64,000 nucleotides of DNA, from the NCBI GenBank assembly GCA_964057225.1, contig OZ059900.1, forward strand, positions 8,122,001-8,186,000. Reading direction: 5' to 3'. The position numbers and the translations under genes are program-made. The stretch comes from Auanema rhodensis. Lineage: Eukaryota > Animalia > Nematoda. The notes under the pieces are model-generated. The model was not told where the DNA came from and made no database searches. It saw only the letters and a program-made list of their open reading frames with translations. Below are positions 43,091-58,429 of this stretch, piece by piece (the stretch's first letter is position 1; each line of letters starts with the position of its first letter).

Positions 43091-43699
43091 GGTTTTTTGG
43101 GGATTGAAGGGCATTTTGGCAAAATCAGTCAAACTTTTGATCTTAAGCATATTTTTTTCTTCTAAAACGACTAAATGTATGAAATACTGTCATAGAATGT
43201 TCATGTAGGTGTATTTTGCACGAATATCAAAACTGATTGAAATATGGGCCTTTTTATGCTCAAAACGCCATATATTCAACGATTTTGGGTACAAAACATG
43301 TGAAAACTGTATGTTTTGATCAGACCCTTTGAGATATGGATTTGAAATTCAGGATTCATAAACTTCGACTATTTCTACATATATATGTCCAATTTTAACC
43401 ACTTTGGTCAAAAAGGACCGAAAATATCAAAAATTATTGGTTTTTTGGGGTTTGAAGGGCATTTTGGCAAAATCAGTCAAACTTTTGATCTTAAGCATAT
43501 TTTTTTCTTCTAAAACGACTAAATGTATGAAATACTGTCAAAGAATGTTCATAAAGGTGTATTTTGCACGAATATCAAAACTGATTGAAATATGGGCCTT
43601 TTTATGCTCAAAACGCCATATATTCAACGATTTTGGGTACAAAACATGTGAAAACTGTATGTTTTGATCAGACCCTTTGAGATATGGATTTGAAATTCA

Positions 43700-46600
43700 G
43701 GATTCATAAACTTTGACTATTTTCACATATATATGTTCAATTTTAACCACTTTGGTCAAAAAGGACCGAAAATATCAAGAATTATTGGTTTTTTGGGGTT
43801 TGAAGGACATTTTGGCTAAATCAGTCAAACTTTTGATCTTAAGCATATTTTTTTCTTCTAAAACGACTAAATGTATGAAATACTGTCATAGAATGTTCAT
43901 ATAGGTGTATTTTGCACGAATATCAAAACTGATTGAAATATGGGCCTTTTTATGCTCGAAACGCCATATATTCAACGATTTTGGGTACAAAACATGTGAA
44001 AACTGTATGTTTTGATCAGACCCTTTGAGATATGGATTTGAAATTCAGGATTCATAAACTTTGACTATTTTTACATATATATGTCCAATTTTAACCACTT
44101 TGGTCAAAAAGGACCGAAAATATCAAGAATTATTGGTTTTTTGGGGTTTGAAGGGCATTTTGGCTAAATCAGTCAAACTTTTGATCTTAAGCATATTTTT
44201 TTCTTCTAAAACGACTAAATGTATGAAATACTGTCATAGAATGTTCATATAGGTGTATTTTGCACGAATATCAAAACTGATTGAAATATGGGCCTTTTTA
44301 TGCTCAAAACGCCATATATTCAACGATTTTGGGTACAAAACATGTGAAAACTGTATGTTTTGATCAGACCCTTTGAGATATGGATTTGAAATTCAGGATT
44401 CATAAACTTTGACTATTTTTACATATATATGTCCAATTTTAACCACTTTGGTCAAAAAGGACCGAAAATATCAAGAATTATTGGTTTTTTGGGGTTTGAA
44501 GGGCATTTTGGCTAAATCAGTCAAACTTTTGATCTTAAGCATATTTTTTTCTTCTAAAACGACTAAATGTATGAAATACTGTCATAGAATGTTCATATAG
44601 GTGTATTTTGCACGAATATCAAAACTGATTGAAATATGGGCCTTTTTATGCTCAAAACGCCATATATTCAACGATTTTGGGTACAAAACATGTGAAAACT
44701 GTATGTTTTGATCAGACCCTTTGAGATATGGATTTGAAATTCAGGATTCATAAACTTTGACTATTTTTACATATATATGTCCAATTTTAACCACTTTGGT
44801 CAAAAAGGACCGAAAATATCAAGAATTATTGGTTTTTTGGGGTTTGAAGGGCATTTTGGCTAAATCAGTCAAACTTTTGATCTTAAGCATATTTTTTTCT
44901 TCTAAAACGACTAAATGTATGAAATACTGTCAAAGAATGTTCATATAGGTGTATTTTGCACGAATATCAAAACTGATTGAAATATGGGCCTTTTTATGCT
45001 CAAAACGCCATATATTCAACGATTTTGGGTACAAAACATGTGAAAACTGTATGTTTTGATCAGACCCTTTGAGATATGGATTTAAAATTCAGGATTCATA
45101 AAATTCGACTATTTTTACATATATATGTCCAATTTTAACCACTTTGGTCAAAAAGGACCGAAAATATCAAGAATTATTGGTTTTTTGGGGTTTGAAGGGC
45201 ATTTTGGCAAAATCAGTCAAACTTTTGATCTTAAGCATATTTTTTTCTTCTAAAACCACTAAATGTATGAAATACTGTCATAGAATGTTCATATAGGTGT
45301 ATTTTGCACGAATATCAAAACTGATTGAAATATGGGCCTTTTTATGCTCAAAACGCCATATATTCAACGATTTTGGGTACAAAACATGTGAAAACTGTAT
45401 GTTTTGATCAGACCCTTTGAGATATGGATTTGAAATTCAGGATTCATAAACTTTGACTATTTTTACATATATATGTTCAATTTTAACCACTTTGGTCAAA
45501 AAGGACCGAAAATATCAAGAATTATTGGTTTTTTGGGGTTTGAAGGGCATTTTGGCAAAATCAGTCAAACTTTTGATCTTAAGCATATTTTTTTCTTCTA
45601 AAACTACTAAATGTATGAAATGCTGTCATAGAATGTTCATATAGGTGTATTTTGCACGAATATCAAAACTGATTGAAATATGGGCCTTTTTATGCTCAAA
45701 ACGCCATATATTCAACGATTTTGGGTACAAAACATGTGAAAACTGTATGTTTTGATCAGACCCTTTGAGATATGGATTTGAAATTCAGGATTCATAAACT
45801 TCGACTATTTCTACATATATATGTCCAATTTTAACCACTTTGGTCAAAAAGGACCGAAAATATCAAAAATTATTGGTTTTTTGGGGTTTGAAGGGCATTT
45901 TGGCAAAATCAGTCAAACTTTTGATCTTAAGCATATTTTTTTCTTCTAAAACGACTAAATGTATGAAATACTGTCAAAGAATGTTCATATAGGTGTATTT
46001 TGCACGAATATCAAAACTGATTGAATTATGGGCCTTTTTATGCTCAAAACGCCATATATTCAACGATTTTGGGTACAAAACATGTGAAAACTGTATGTTT
46101 TGATCAGACCCTTTGAGATATGGATTTGAAATTCAGGATTCATAAACTTTGACTATTTTCACATATATATGTCCAATTTTAACCACTTTGGTCAAAAAGG
46201 ACCGAAAATATCAAGAATTATTGGTTTTTTGGGGTTTGAAGGGCATTTTGGCAAAATCAGTCAAACTTTTGATCTTAAGCATATTTTTTTCTTCTAAAAC
46301 GACTAAATGTATGAAATACTGTCATAGAATGTTTATATAGGTGTATTTTGCACGAATATCAAAACTGATTGAAATATGGGCCTTTTTATGCTCAAAACGC
46401 CATATATTCAACGATTTTGGGTACAAAACATGTGAAAACTGTATGTTTTGATCAGACCCTTTGAGATATGGATTTGAAATTCAGGATTCATAAACTTTGA
46501 CTCTTTTTACATATATATGTCCACTTTTAACCACTTTGGTCAAAAAGGACCGAAAATATCAAGAATTATTGGTTTTTTGGGGATTGAAGGGCATTTTGGC

Positions 46601-49600
46601 AAAATCAGTCAAACTTTTGATCTTAAGCATATTTTTTTCTTCTAAAACGACTAAATGTATGAAATACTGTCATAGAATGTTCATGTAGGTGTATTTTGCA
46701 CGAATATCAAAACTGATTGAAATATGGGCCTTTTTATGCTCAAAACGCCATATATTCAACGATTTTGGGTACAAAACATGTGAAAACTGTATGTTTTGAT
46801 CAGACCCTTTGAGATATGGATTTGAAATTCAGGATTCATAAACTTCGACTATTTCTACATATATATGTCCAATTTTAACCACTTTGGTCAAAAAGGACCG
46901 AAAATATCAAAAATTATTGGTTTTTTGGGGTTTGAAGGGCATTTTGGCAAAATCAGTCAAACTTTTGATCTTAAGCATATTTTTTTCTTCTAAAACGACT
47001 AAATGTATGAAATACTGTCATAGAATGTTTATATAGGTGTATTTTGCACGAATATCAAAACTGATTGAAATATGGGCCTTTTTATGCTCAAAACGCCATA
47101 TATTCAACGATTTTGGGTACAAAACATGTGAAAACTGTATGTTTTGATCAGACCCTTTGAGATATGGATTTGAAATTCAGGATTCATAAACTTTGACTAT
47201 TTTTACATATATATGTCCAATTTTAACCACTTTGGTCAAAAAGGACCGAAAATATCAAGAATTTCTGGTTTTTTGGGGTTTGAAGGGCATTTTGGCTAAA
47301 TCAGTCAAACTTTTGATCTTAAGCATATTTTTTTCTTCTAAAACGACTAAATGTATGGAATACTGTCAAAGAATGTTCATATAGGTGTACTTTGCACGAA
47401 TATCAAAACTGATTGAAATATGGGCCTTTTTATGCTCAAAACGCCATGTATTCAACGATTTTGGGTACAAAACATGTGAAAACTGTATGTTTTGATCAGA
47501 CCCTTTGAGATATGGATTTAAAATTCAGGATTCATAAAATTCGACTATTTTTACATATATATGTCCAATTTTAACCACTTTGGTCAAAAAGGACCGAAAA
47601 TATCAAGAATTATTGGTTTTTTGGGGTTTGAAGGGCATTTTGGCAAAATCAGTCAAACTTTTGATCTTAAGCATATTTTTTTCTTCTAAAACCACTAAAT
47701 GTATGAAATACTGTCATAGAATGTTCATATAGGTGTATTTTGCACGAATATCAAAACTGATTGAAATATGGGCCTTTTTATGCTCAAAACGCCATATATT
47801 CAACGATTTTGGGTACAAAACATGTGAAAACTGTATGTTTTGATCAGACCCTTTGAGATATGGATTTGAAATTCAGGATTCATAAACTTTGACTATTTTT
47901 ACATATATATGTTCAATTTTAACCACTTTGGTCAAAAAGGACCGAAAATATCAAGAATTATTGGTTTTTTGGGGTTTGAAGGGCATTTTGGCAAAATCAG
48001 TCAAACTTTTGATCTTAAGCATATTTTTTTCTTCTAAAACGACTAAATGTATGAAATGCTGTCATAGAATGTTCATATAGGTGTATTTTGCACGAATATC
48101 AAAACTGATTGAAATATGGGCCTTTTTATGCTCAAAACGCCATATATTCAACGATTTTGGGTACAAAACATGTGAAAACTGTATGTTTTGATCAGACCCT
48201 TTGAGATATGGATTTGAAATTCAGGATTCATAAACTTTGACTATTTTCACATATATATGTCCAATTTTAACCACTTTGGTCAAAAAGGACCGAAAATATC
48301 AAGAATTATTGGTTTTTTGGGGTTTGAAGGGCATTTTGGCAAAATCAGTCAAACTTTTGATCTTAAGCATATTTTTTTCTTCTAAAACGACTAAATGTAT
48401 GAAATACTGTCATAGAATGTTTATATAGGTGTATTTTGCACGAATATCAAAACTGATTGAAATATGGGCCTTTTTATGCTCAAAACGCCATATATTCAAC
48501 GATTTTGGGTACAAAACATGTGAAAACTGTATGTTTTGATCAGACCCTTTGAGATATGGATTTGAAATTCAGGATTCATAAACTTTGACTATTTTCACAT
48601 ATATATGTCCAATTTTCACCACTTTGGTCAAAAAGGACCGAAAATATCAAGAATTATTGGTTTTTTGGGGTTTGAAGGGCATTTTGGCAAAATCAGTCAA
48701 ACTTTTGATCTTAAGCATATTTTTTTCTTCTAAAACGACTAAATGTATGAAATACTGTCATAGAATGTTTATATAGGTGTATTTTGCACGAATATCAAAA
48801 CTGATTGAAATATGGGCCTTTTTATGCTCAAAACGCCATATATTCAACGATTTTGGGTACAAAACATGTGAAAACTGTATGTTTTGATCAGACCCTTTGA
48901 GATATGGATTTGAAATTCAGGATTCATAAACTTTGACTATTTTCACATATATATGTTCAATTTTAACCACTTTGGTCAAAAAGGACCGAAAATATCAAGA
49001 ATTATTGGTTTTTTGGGGTTTGAAGGACATTTTGGCTAAATCAGTCAAACTTTTGATCTTAAGCATATTTTTTTCTTCTAAAACGACTAAATGTATGAAA
49101 TACTGTCATAGAATGTTCATATAGGTGTATTTTGCACGAATATCAAAAGTGATTGAAATATGGGCCTTTTTATGCTCGAAACGCCATATATTCAACGATT
49201 TTGGGTACAAAACATGTGAAAACTGTATGTTTTGATCAGACCCTTTGAGATATGGATTTGAAATTCAGGATTCATAAACTTTGACTATTTTTACATATAT
49301 ATGTCCAATTTTAACCACTTTGGTCAAAAAGGACCGAAAATATCAAGAATTATTGGTTTTTTGGGGTTTGAAGGGCATTTTGGCTAAATCAGTCAAACTT
49401 TTGATCTTAAGCATATTTTTTTCTTCTAAAACGACTAAATGTATGAAATACTGTCATAGAATGTTCATATAGGTGTATTTTGCACGAATATCAAAACTGA
49501 TTGAAATATGGGCCTTTTTATGCTCAAAACGCCATATATTCAACGATTTTGGGTACAAAACATGTGAAAACTGTATGTTTTGATCAGACCCTTTGAGATA

Positions 49601-51600
49601 TGGATTTGAAATTCAGGATTCATAAACTTTGACTATTTTTACATATATATGTCCAATTTTAACCACTTTGGTCAAAAAGGACCGAAAATATCAAGAATTA
49701 TTGGTTTTTTGGGGTTTGAAGGGCATTTTGGCTAAATCAGTCAAACTTTTGATCTTAAGCATATTTTTTTCTTCTAAAACGACTAAATGTATGAAATACT
49801 GTCATAGAATGTTCATATAGGTGTATTTTGCACGAATATCAAAACTGATTGAAATATGGGCCTTTTTATGCTCAAAACGCCATATATTCAACGATTTTGG
49901 GTACAAAACATGTGAAAACTGTATGTTTTGATCAGACCCTTTGAGATATGGATTTGAAATTCAGGATTCATAAACTTTGACTATTTTTACATATATATGT
50001 CCAATTTTAACCACTTTGGTCAAAAAGGACCGAAAATATCAAGAATTATTGGTTTTTTGGGGTTTGAAGGGCATTTTGGCAAAATCAGTCAAACTTTTGA
50101 TCTTAAGCATATTTTTTTCTTCTAAAACGACTAAATGTATGAAATACTGTCAAAGAATGTTCATATAGGTGTATTTTGCACGAATATCAAAACTGATTGA
50201 AATATGGGCCTTTTTATGCTCAAAACGCCATATATTCAACGATTTTGGGTACAAAACATGTGAAAACTGTATGTTTTGATCAGACCCTTTGAGATATGGA
50301 TTTAAAATTCAGGATTCATAAAATTTGACTATTTTTACATATATATGTCCAATTTTAACCACTTTGGTCAAAAAGGACCGAAAATATCAAGAATTATTGG
50401 TTTTTTGGGGTTTGAAGGGCATTTTGGCAAAATCAGTCAAACTTTTGATCTTAAGCATATTTTTTTCTTCTAAAACCACTAAATGTATGAAATACTGTCA
50501 TAGAATGTTCATATAGGTGTATTTTGCACGAATATCAAAACTGATTGAAATATGGGCCTTTTTATGCTCAAAACGCCATATATTCAACGATTTTGGGTAC
50601 AAAACATGTGAAAACTGTATGTTTTGATCAGACCCTTTGAGATATGGATTTGAAATTCAGGATTCATAAACTTTGACTATTTTTACATATATATGTTCAA
50701 TTTTAACCACTTTGGTCAAAAAGGACCGAAAATATCAAGAATTATTGGTTTTTTGGGGTTTGAAGGGCATTTTGGCAAAATCAGTCAAACTTTTGATCTT
50801 AAGCATATTTTTTTCTTCTAAAACGACTAAATGTATGAAATGCTGTCATAGAATGTTCATATAGGTGTATTTTGCACGAATATCAAAACTGATTGAAATA
50901 TGGGCCTTTTTATGCTCAAAACGCCATATATTCAACGATTTTGGGTACAAAACATGTGAAAACTGTATGTTTTGATCAGACCCTTTGAGATATGGATTTG
51001 AAATTCAGGATTCATAAACTTCGACTATTTCTACATATATATGTCCAATTTTAACCACTTTGGTCAAAAAGGACCGAAAATATCAAAAATTATTGGTTTT
51101 TTGGGGTTTGAAGGGCATTTTGGCAAAATCAGTCAAACTTTTGATCTTAAGCATATTTTTTTCTTCTAAAACGACTAAATGTATGAAATACTGTCAAAGA
51201 ATGTTCATATAGGTGTATTTTGCACGAATATCAAAACTGATTGAAATATGGGCCTTTTTATGCTCAAAACGCCATATATTCAACGATTTTGGGTACAAAA
51301 CATGTGAAAACTGTATGTTTTGATCAGACCCTTTGAGATATGGATTTGAAATTCAGGATTCATAAACTTTGACTATTTTCACATATATATGTCCAATTTT
51401 AACCACTTTGGTCAAAAAGGACCGAAAATATCAAGAATTATTGGTTTTTTGGGGTTTGAAGGGCATTTTGGCAAAATCAGTCAAACTTTTGATCTTAAGC
51501 ATATTTTTTTCTTCTAAAACGACTAAATGTATGAAATACTGTCATAGAATGTTTATATAGGTGTATTTTGCACGAATATCAAAACTGATTGAAATATGGG
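43700..51600. repeat. Eight-monomer block repeated at a 15-monomer (5220-bp) offset (~43700-46390 and ~48920-51610), with a partial third copy at ~47300-48200
   Basis: ttcac/ggaca/ctcgaa; two near-consensus monomers; caaaga; ttaaaa/aaccact; aatgctg; ttcga/tcaaaaat; ttcac/gtttata in the same order (43713->48933, 46149->51369). Confidence 0.85.
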
Positions 51601-52999
51601 CCTTTTTATGCTCGAAACGCCATATATTCAACGATTTTGGGTACAAAACATGTGAAAACTGTATGTTTTGATCAGACCCTTTGAGATATGGATTTGAAAT
51701 TCAGGATTCATAAACTTTGACTATTTTCACATATATATGTCCAATTTTAACCACTTTGGTCAAAAAGGACCGAAAATATCAAGAATTATTGGTTTTTTGG
51801 GGTTTGAAGGGCATTTTGGCAAAATCAGTCAAACTTTTGATCTTAAGCATATTTTTTTCTTCTAAAACGACTAAATGTATGAAATACTGTCATAAAATGT
51901 TTATATAGGTGTATTTTGCACGAATATCAAAACTGATTGAAATATGGGCCTTTTTATGCTCAAAACGCCATATATTCAACGATTTTGGGTACAAAACATG
52001 TGAAAACTGTATGTTTTGATCAGACCCTTTGAGATATGGATTTGAAATTCAGGATTCATAAACTTTGACTATTTTCACATATATATGTTCAATTTTAACC
52101 ACTTTGGTCAAAAAGGACCGAAAATATCAAGAATTATTGGTTTTTTGGGGTTTGAAGGACATTTTGGCTAAATCAGTCAAACTTTTGATCTTAAGCATAT
52201 TTTTTTCTTCTAAAACGACTAAATGTATGAAATACTGTCATAGAATGTTCATATAGGTGTATTTTGCACGAATATCAAAACTGATTGAAATATGGGCCTT
52301 TTCATGCTCAAAACGCCATATATTCAACGATTTTGGGTACAAAACATGTGAAAACTGTATGTTTTGATCAGACCCTTTGAGATATGGATTTGAAATTCAG
52401 GATTCATAAACTTTGACTATTTTTACATATATATGTCCAATTTTAACCACTTTGGTCAAAAAGGACCGAAAATATCAAGAATTATTGGTTTTTTGGGGTT
52501 TGAAGGGCATTTTGGCTAAATCAGTCAAACTTTTGTTCTTAAGCATATTTTTTTCTTCTAAAACGACTAAATGTATGAAATGCTGTCATAGAATGTTCAT
52601 ATAGGTGTATTTTGCACGAATATCAAAACTGATTGAAATATGGGCCTTTTTATGCTCAAAACGCCATATATTCAACGATTTTGGGTACAAAACATGTGAA
52701 AACTGTATGTTTTGATCAGACCCTTTGAGATATGGATTTGAAATTCAGGATTCATAAACTTCGACTATTTCTACATATATATGTCCAATTTTAACCACTT
52801 TGGTCAAAAAGGACCGAAAATATCAAAAATTATTGGTTTTTTGGGGTTTGAAGGGCATTTTGGCAAAATCAGTCAAACTTTTGATCTTAAGCATATTTTT
52901 TTCTTCTAAAACGACTAAATGTATGAAATACTGTCATAGAATGTTCATATAGGTGTATTTTGCACGAATATCAAAACTGATTGAAATATGGGCCTTTTT

Positions 53000-55170
53000 A
53001 TGCTCAAAACGCCATATATTCAACGATTTTGGGTACAAAACATGTGAAAACTGTATGTTTTGATCAGACCCTTTGAGATATGGATTTGAAATTCAGGATT
53101 CATAAACTTTGACTATTTTTACATATATATGTCCAATTTTAACCACTCTGGTCAAAAAGGACCGAAAATATCAAGAATTATTGGTTTTTTGGGGATTGAA
53201 GGGCATTTTGGCAAAATCAGTCAAACTTTTGATCTTAAGCATATTTTTTTCTTCTAAAACGACTAAATGTATGAAATACTGTCATAGAATGTTCATATAG
53301 GTGTATTTTGCACGAATATCAAAACTGATTGAAATATGGGCCTTTTTATGCTCAAAACGCCATATATTCAACGATTTTGGGTACAAAACATGTGAAAACT
53401 GTATGTTTTGATCAGACCCTTTGAGATATGAATTTGAAATTCAGGATTCATAAACTTTGACTTTTTTTACATATATATGTCCAATTTTAACCACTTTGGT
53501 CAAAAAGGACCGAAAATATCAAGAATTATTGGTTTTTTGGGGATTGAAGGGCATTTTGGCAAAATCAGTCAAACTTTTGATCTTAAGCATATTTTTTTCT
53601 TCTAAAACGACTAAATGTATGAAAGACTGTCATAGAATGTTCATATAGGTGTATTTTGCACGAATATCAAAACTGATTGAAATATGGGCCTTTTTATGCT
53701 CAAAACGCCATATATTCAACGATTTTGGGTACAAAACATGTGAAAACTGTATGTTTTGATCAGACCCTTTGAGATATGGATTTAAAATTCGGGATTCATA
53801 AATTTCGACTATTTTTACATATATATGTCCAATTTTAACCACTTTGGTCGAAAAGGACCGAAAATATCAAGAATTATTGGTTTTTTGGGGTTTGAAGGGC
53901 ATTTTGGCAAAATCAGTCAAACTTTTGATCTTAAGCATATTTTTTTCTTCTAAAACGACTAAATGTATGAAATACTGTCATAGAATGTTCATATAGGTGT
54001 ATTTTGCACGAATATCAAAACTGATTGAAATATGGGCCTTTTTATGCTCAAAACGCCATATATTCAACGATTTTGGGTACAAAACATGTGAAAACTGTAT
54101 GTTTTGATCAGACCCTTTGAGATATGGATTTGAAATTCAGGATTCATAAACTTTGACTATTTTTACATATATATGTCCAATTTTAACCACTCTGGTCAAA
54201 AAGGACCGAAAATATCAAGAATTATTGGTTTTTTGGGGATTGAAGGGCATTTTGGCAAAATCAGTCAAACTTTTGATCTTAAGCATATTTTTTTCTTCTA
54301 AAACGACTAAATGTATGAAATACTGTCATAGAATGTTCATATAGGTGTATTTTGCACGAATATCAAAACTGATTGAAATATGGGCCTTTTTATGCTCAAA
54401 ACGCCATATATTCAACGATTTTGGGTACAAAACATGTGAAAACTGTATGTTTTGATCAGACCCTTTGAGATATGAATTTGAAATTCAGGATTCATAAACT
54501 TTGACTTTTTTTACATATATATGTCCAATTTTAACCACTTTGGTCAAAAAGGACCGAAAATATCAAGAATTATTGGTTTTTTGGGGATTGAAGGGCATTT
54601 TGGCAAAATCAGTCAAACTTTTGATCTTAAGCATATTTTTTTCTTCTAAAACGACTAAATGTATGAAATACTGTCATAGAATGTTCATATAGGTGTATTT
54701 TGCACGAATATCAAAACTGATTGAAATATGGGCCTTTTTATGCTCAAAACGCCATATATTCAACGATTTTGGGTACAAAACATGTGAAAACTGTATGTTT
54801 TGATCAGACCCTTTGAGATATGGATTTAAAATTCGGGATTCATAAACTTCGACTATTTTTACATATATATGTCCAATTTTAACCACTTTGGTCGAAAAGG
54901 ACCGAAAATATCAAGAATTATTGGTTTTTTGGGGTTTGAAGGGCATTTTGGCAAAATCAGTCAAACTTTTGATCTTAAGCATATTTTTTTCTTCTAAAAC
55001 GACTAAATGTATGAAATACTGTCATAGAATGTTCATATAGGTGTATTTTGCACGAATATCAAAACTGATTGAAATATGGGCCTTTTTATGCTCAAAACGC
55101 CATATATTCAACGATTTTGGGTACAAAACATGTGAAAACTGTATGTTTTGATCAGACCCTTTGAGATATG
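53000..55170. repeat. Tandem trimer repeat (2 x 1044 bp)
   Basis: actctgg; tatgaat/gacttttt; ttcggg/gtcgaa at 53109-53850 are repeated at 54153-54895. Confidence 0.88.
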
Positions 55171-55174
55171 GATT

Positions 55175-58100
55175 TGAATTTCAGGATTCATGAACTTTGA
55201 CTATTTTTACATATATATGTTCAATTGTAACCACTTTGGTCAAAAAGGACCGAAAATATCAAGAATTATTGGTTTTTTGGGGATTGAAGGGCATTTTGGC
55301 AAAATCAGTCAAACTTTTGATCTTAAGCATATTTTTTTCTTCTCAAACGACTAAATGTATGAAATACTGTCATAGAATGTTCATATAGGTGTATTTTGCA
55401 CGAATATCAAAACTGATAGAAATATGGGCCTTTTTATGCTCAAAACGCCATATATTCAACGATTTTGGGTACAAAACATGTGAAAACTGTATGTTTTGAT
55501 CAGACCCTTTGAGATATGGATTTGAAATTCAGGATTCATAAACTTTGACTATTTTTACATATATATGTCCAATTTTAACCACTTTGGTCAAAAAGGACCG
55601 AAAATATCAAGAATTATTGGTTTTTTGGGGATTGAAGGGCATTTTGGCAAAATCAGTCAAACTTTTGATCTTAAGCATATTTTTTTCTTCTAAAACGACT
55701 AAATGTATGAAATACTGTCATAGAATGTTCATATAGGTGTATTTTGCACGAATATCAAAACTGATTGAAATATGGGCCTTTTTATGCTCAAAACGCCATA
55801 TATTCAACGATTTTGGGTACAAAACATGTGAAAACTGTATGTTTTGATCAGACCCTTTGAGATATGAATTTGAAATTCAGGATTCATAAACTTTGACTAT
55901 TTTTACATATATATGTTCAATTTTAACCACTTTGGTCAAAAAGGACCGAAAATATCAAGAATTATTGGTTTTTTGGGGTTTGAAGGGCATTTTGGCAAAA
56001 TCAGTCAAACTTTTGATCTTAAGCATATTTTTTTCTTCTAAAACGACTAAATGTATGAAATACTGTCATAGAATGTTCATATAGGTGTATTTTGCACGAA
56101 TATCAAAACTGATTGAAATATGGGCCTTTTTATGCTCAAAACGCCATATATTCAACGATTTTGGGTACAAAACATGTGAAAACTGTATGTTTTGATCAGA
56201 CCCTTTGAGATATGAATTTGAAATTCAGGATTCATAAACTTTGACTTTTTTTACATATATATGTCCAATTTTAACCACTTTGGTCAAAAAGGACCGAAAA
56301 TATCAAGAATTATTGGTTTTTTGGGGATTGAAGGGCATTTTGGCAAAATCAGTCAAACTTTTGATCTTAAGCATATTTTTTTCTTCTAAAACGACTAAAT
56401 GTATGAAATACTGTCATAGAATGTTCATATAGGTGTATTTTGCACGAATATCAAAACTGATTGAAATATGGGCCTTTTTATGCTCAAAACGCCATATATT
56501 CAACGATTTTGGGTACAAAACATGTGAAAACTGTATGTTTTGATCAGACCCTTTGAGATATGGATTTGAAATTCAGGATTCATAAACTTCGACTATTTCT
56601 ACATAAATATGTCCAATTTTAACCACTTTGGTCAAAAAGGACCGAAAATATCAAGAATTATTGGTTTTTTGGGGTTTGAAGGGCATTTTGGCAAAATCAG
56701 TCAAACTTTTGATCTTAAGCATATTTTTTTCTTCTAAAACGACTAAATGTATGAAATACTGTCAAAGAATGTTCATATAGGTGTATTTTGCACGAATATC
56801 AAAACTGATTGAAATATGGGCCTTTTTATGCTCAAAACGCCATATATTCAACGATTTTGGGTACAAAACATGTGAAAACTGTATGTTTTGATCAGACCCT
56901 TTGAGATATGGATTTGAATTTCAGGATTCATGAACTTTGACTATTTTTACATATATATGTTCAATTGTAACCACTTTGGTCAAAAAGGACCGAAAATATC
57001 AAGAATTATTGGTTTTTTGGGGATTGAAGGGCATTTTGGCAAAATCAGTCAAACTTTTGATCTTAAGCATATTTTTTTCTTCTCAAACGACTAAATGTAT
57101 GAAATACTGTCATAGAATGTTCATATAGGTGTATTTTGCACGAATATCAAAACTGATAGAAATATGGGCCTTTTTATGCTCAAAACGCCATATATTCAAC
57201 GATTTTGGGTACAAAACATGTGAAAACTGTATGTTTTGATCAGACCCTTTGAGATATGGATTTGAAATTCAGGATTCATAAACTTTGACTATTTTTACAT
57301 ATATATGTCCAATTTTAACCACTTTGGTCAAAAAGGACCGAAAATATCAAGAATTATTGGTTTTTTGGGGATTGAAGGGCATTTTGGCAAAATCAGTCAA
57401 ACTTTTGATCTTAAGCATATTTTTTTCTTCTAAAACGACTAAATGTATGAAATACTGTCATAGAATGTTCATATAGGTGTATTTTGCACGAATATCAAAA
57501 CTGATTGAAATATGGGCCTTTTTATGCTCAAAACGCCATATATTCAACGATTTTGGGTACAAAACATGTGAAAACTGTATGTTTTGATCAGACCCTTTGA
57601 GATATGAATTTGAAATTCAGGATTCATAAACTTTGACTATTTTTACATATATATGTTCAATTTTAACCACTTTGGTCAAAAAGGACCGAAAATATCAAGA
57701 ATTATTGGTTTTTTGGGGTTTGAAGGGCATTTTGGCAAAATCAGTCAAACTTTTGATCTTAAGCATATTTTTTTCTTCTAAAACGACTAAATGTATGAAA
57801 TACTGTCATAGAATGTTCATATAGGTGTATTTTGCACGAATATCAAAACTGATTGAAATATGGGCCTTTTTATGCTCAAAACGCCATATATTCAACGATT
57901 TTGGGTACAAAACATGTGAAAACTGTATGTTTTGATCAGACCCTTTGAGATATGGATTTGAAATTCAGGATTCATAAACTTCGACTATTTCTACATATAT
58001 ATGTCCAATTTTAACCACTTTGGTCAAAAAGGACCGAAAATATCAAGAATTATTGGTTTTTTGGGGTTTGAAGGGCATTTTGGCAAAATCAGTCAAACTT

Positions 58101-58300
58101 TTGATCTTAAGCATATTTTTTTCTTCTAAAACGACTAAATGTATGAAATACTGTCAAAGAATGTTCATATAGGTGTATTTTGCACGAATATCAAAACTGA
58201 TTGAAATATGGGCCTTTTTATGCTCAAAACGCCATATATTCAACGATTTTGGGTACAAAACATGTGAAAACTGTATGTTTTGATCAGACCCTTTGAGATA
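55175..58300. repeat. Three-monomer block repeated at a 5-monomer (1740-bp) offset
   Basis: gaatttc/catgaac/ttgtaac/tctcaaa/gataga at 55197 and 56937; tatgaat at ~55866 and ~57606. Confidence 0.85.
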
Positions 58301-58429
58301 TGGATTTAAAATTCAGGATTCATAAACTTTGACTATTTTTACATATATATGTCCAATTTTAACCACTTTGGTCGAAAAGGACCGAAAATATCAAGAATTA
58401 TTGGTTTTTTGGGGTTTGAAGGGCATTTT

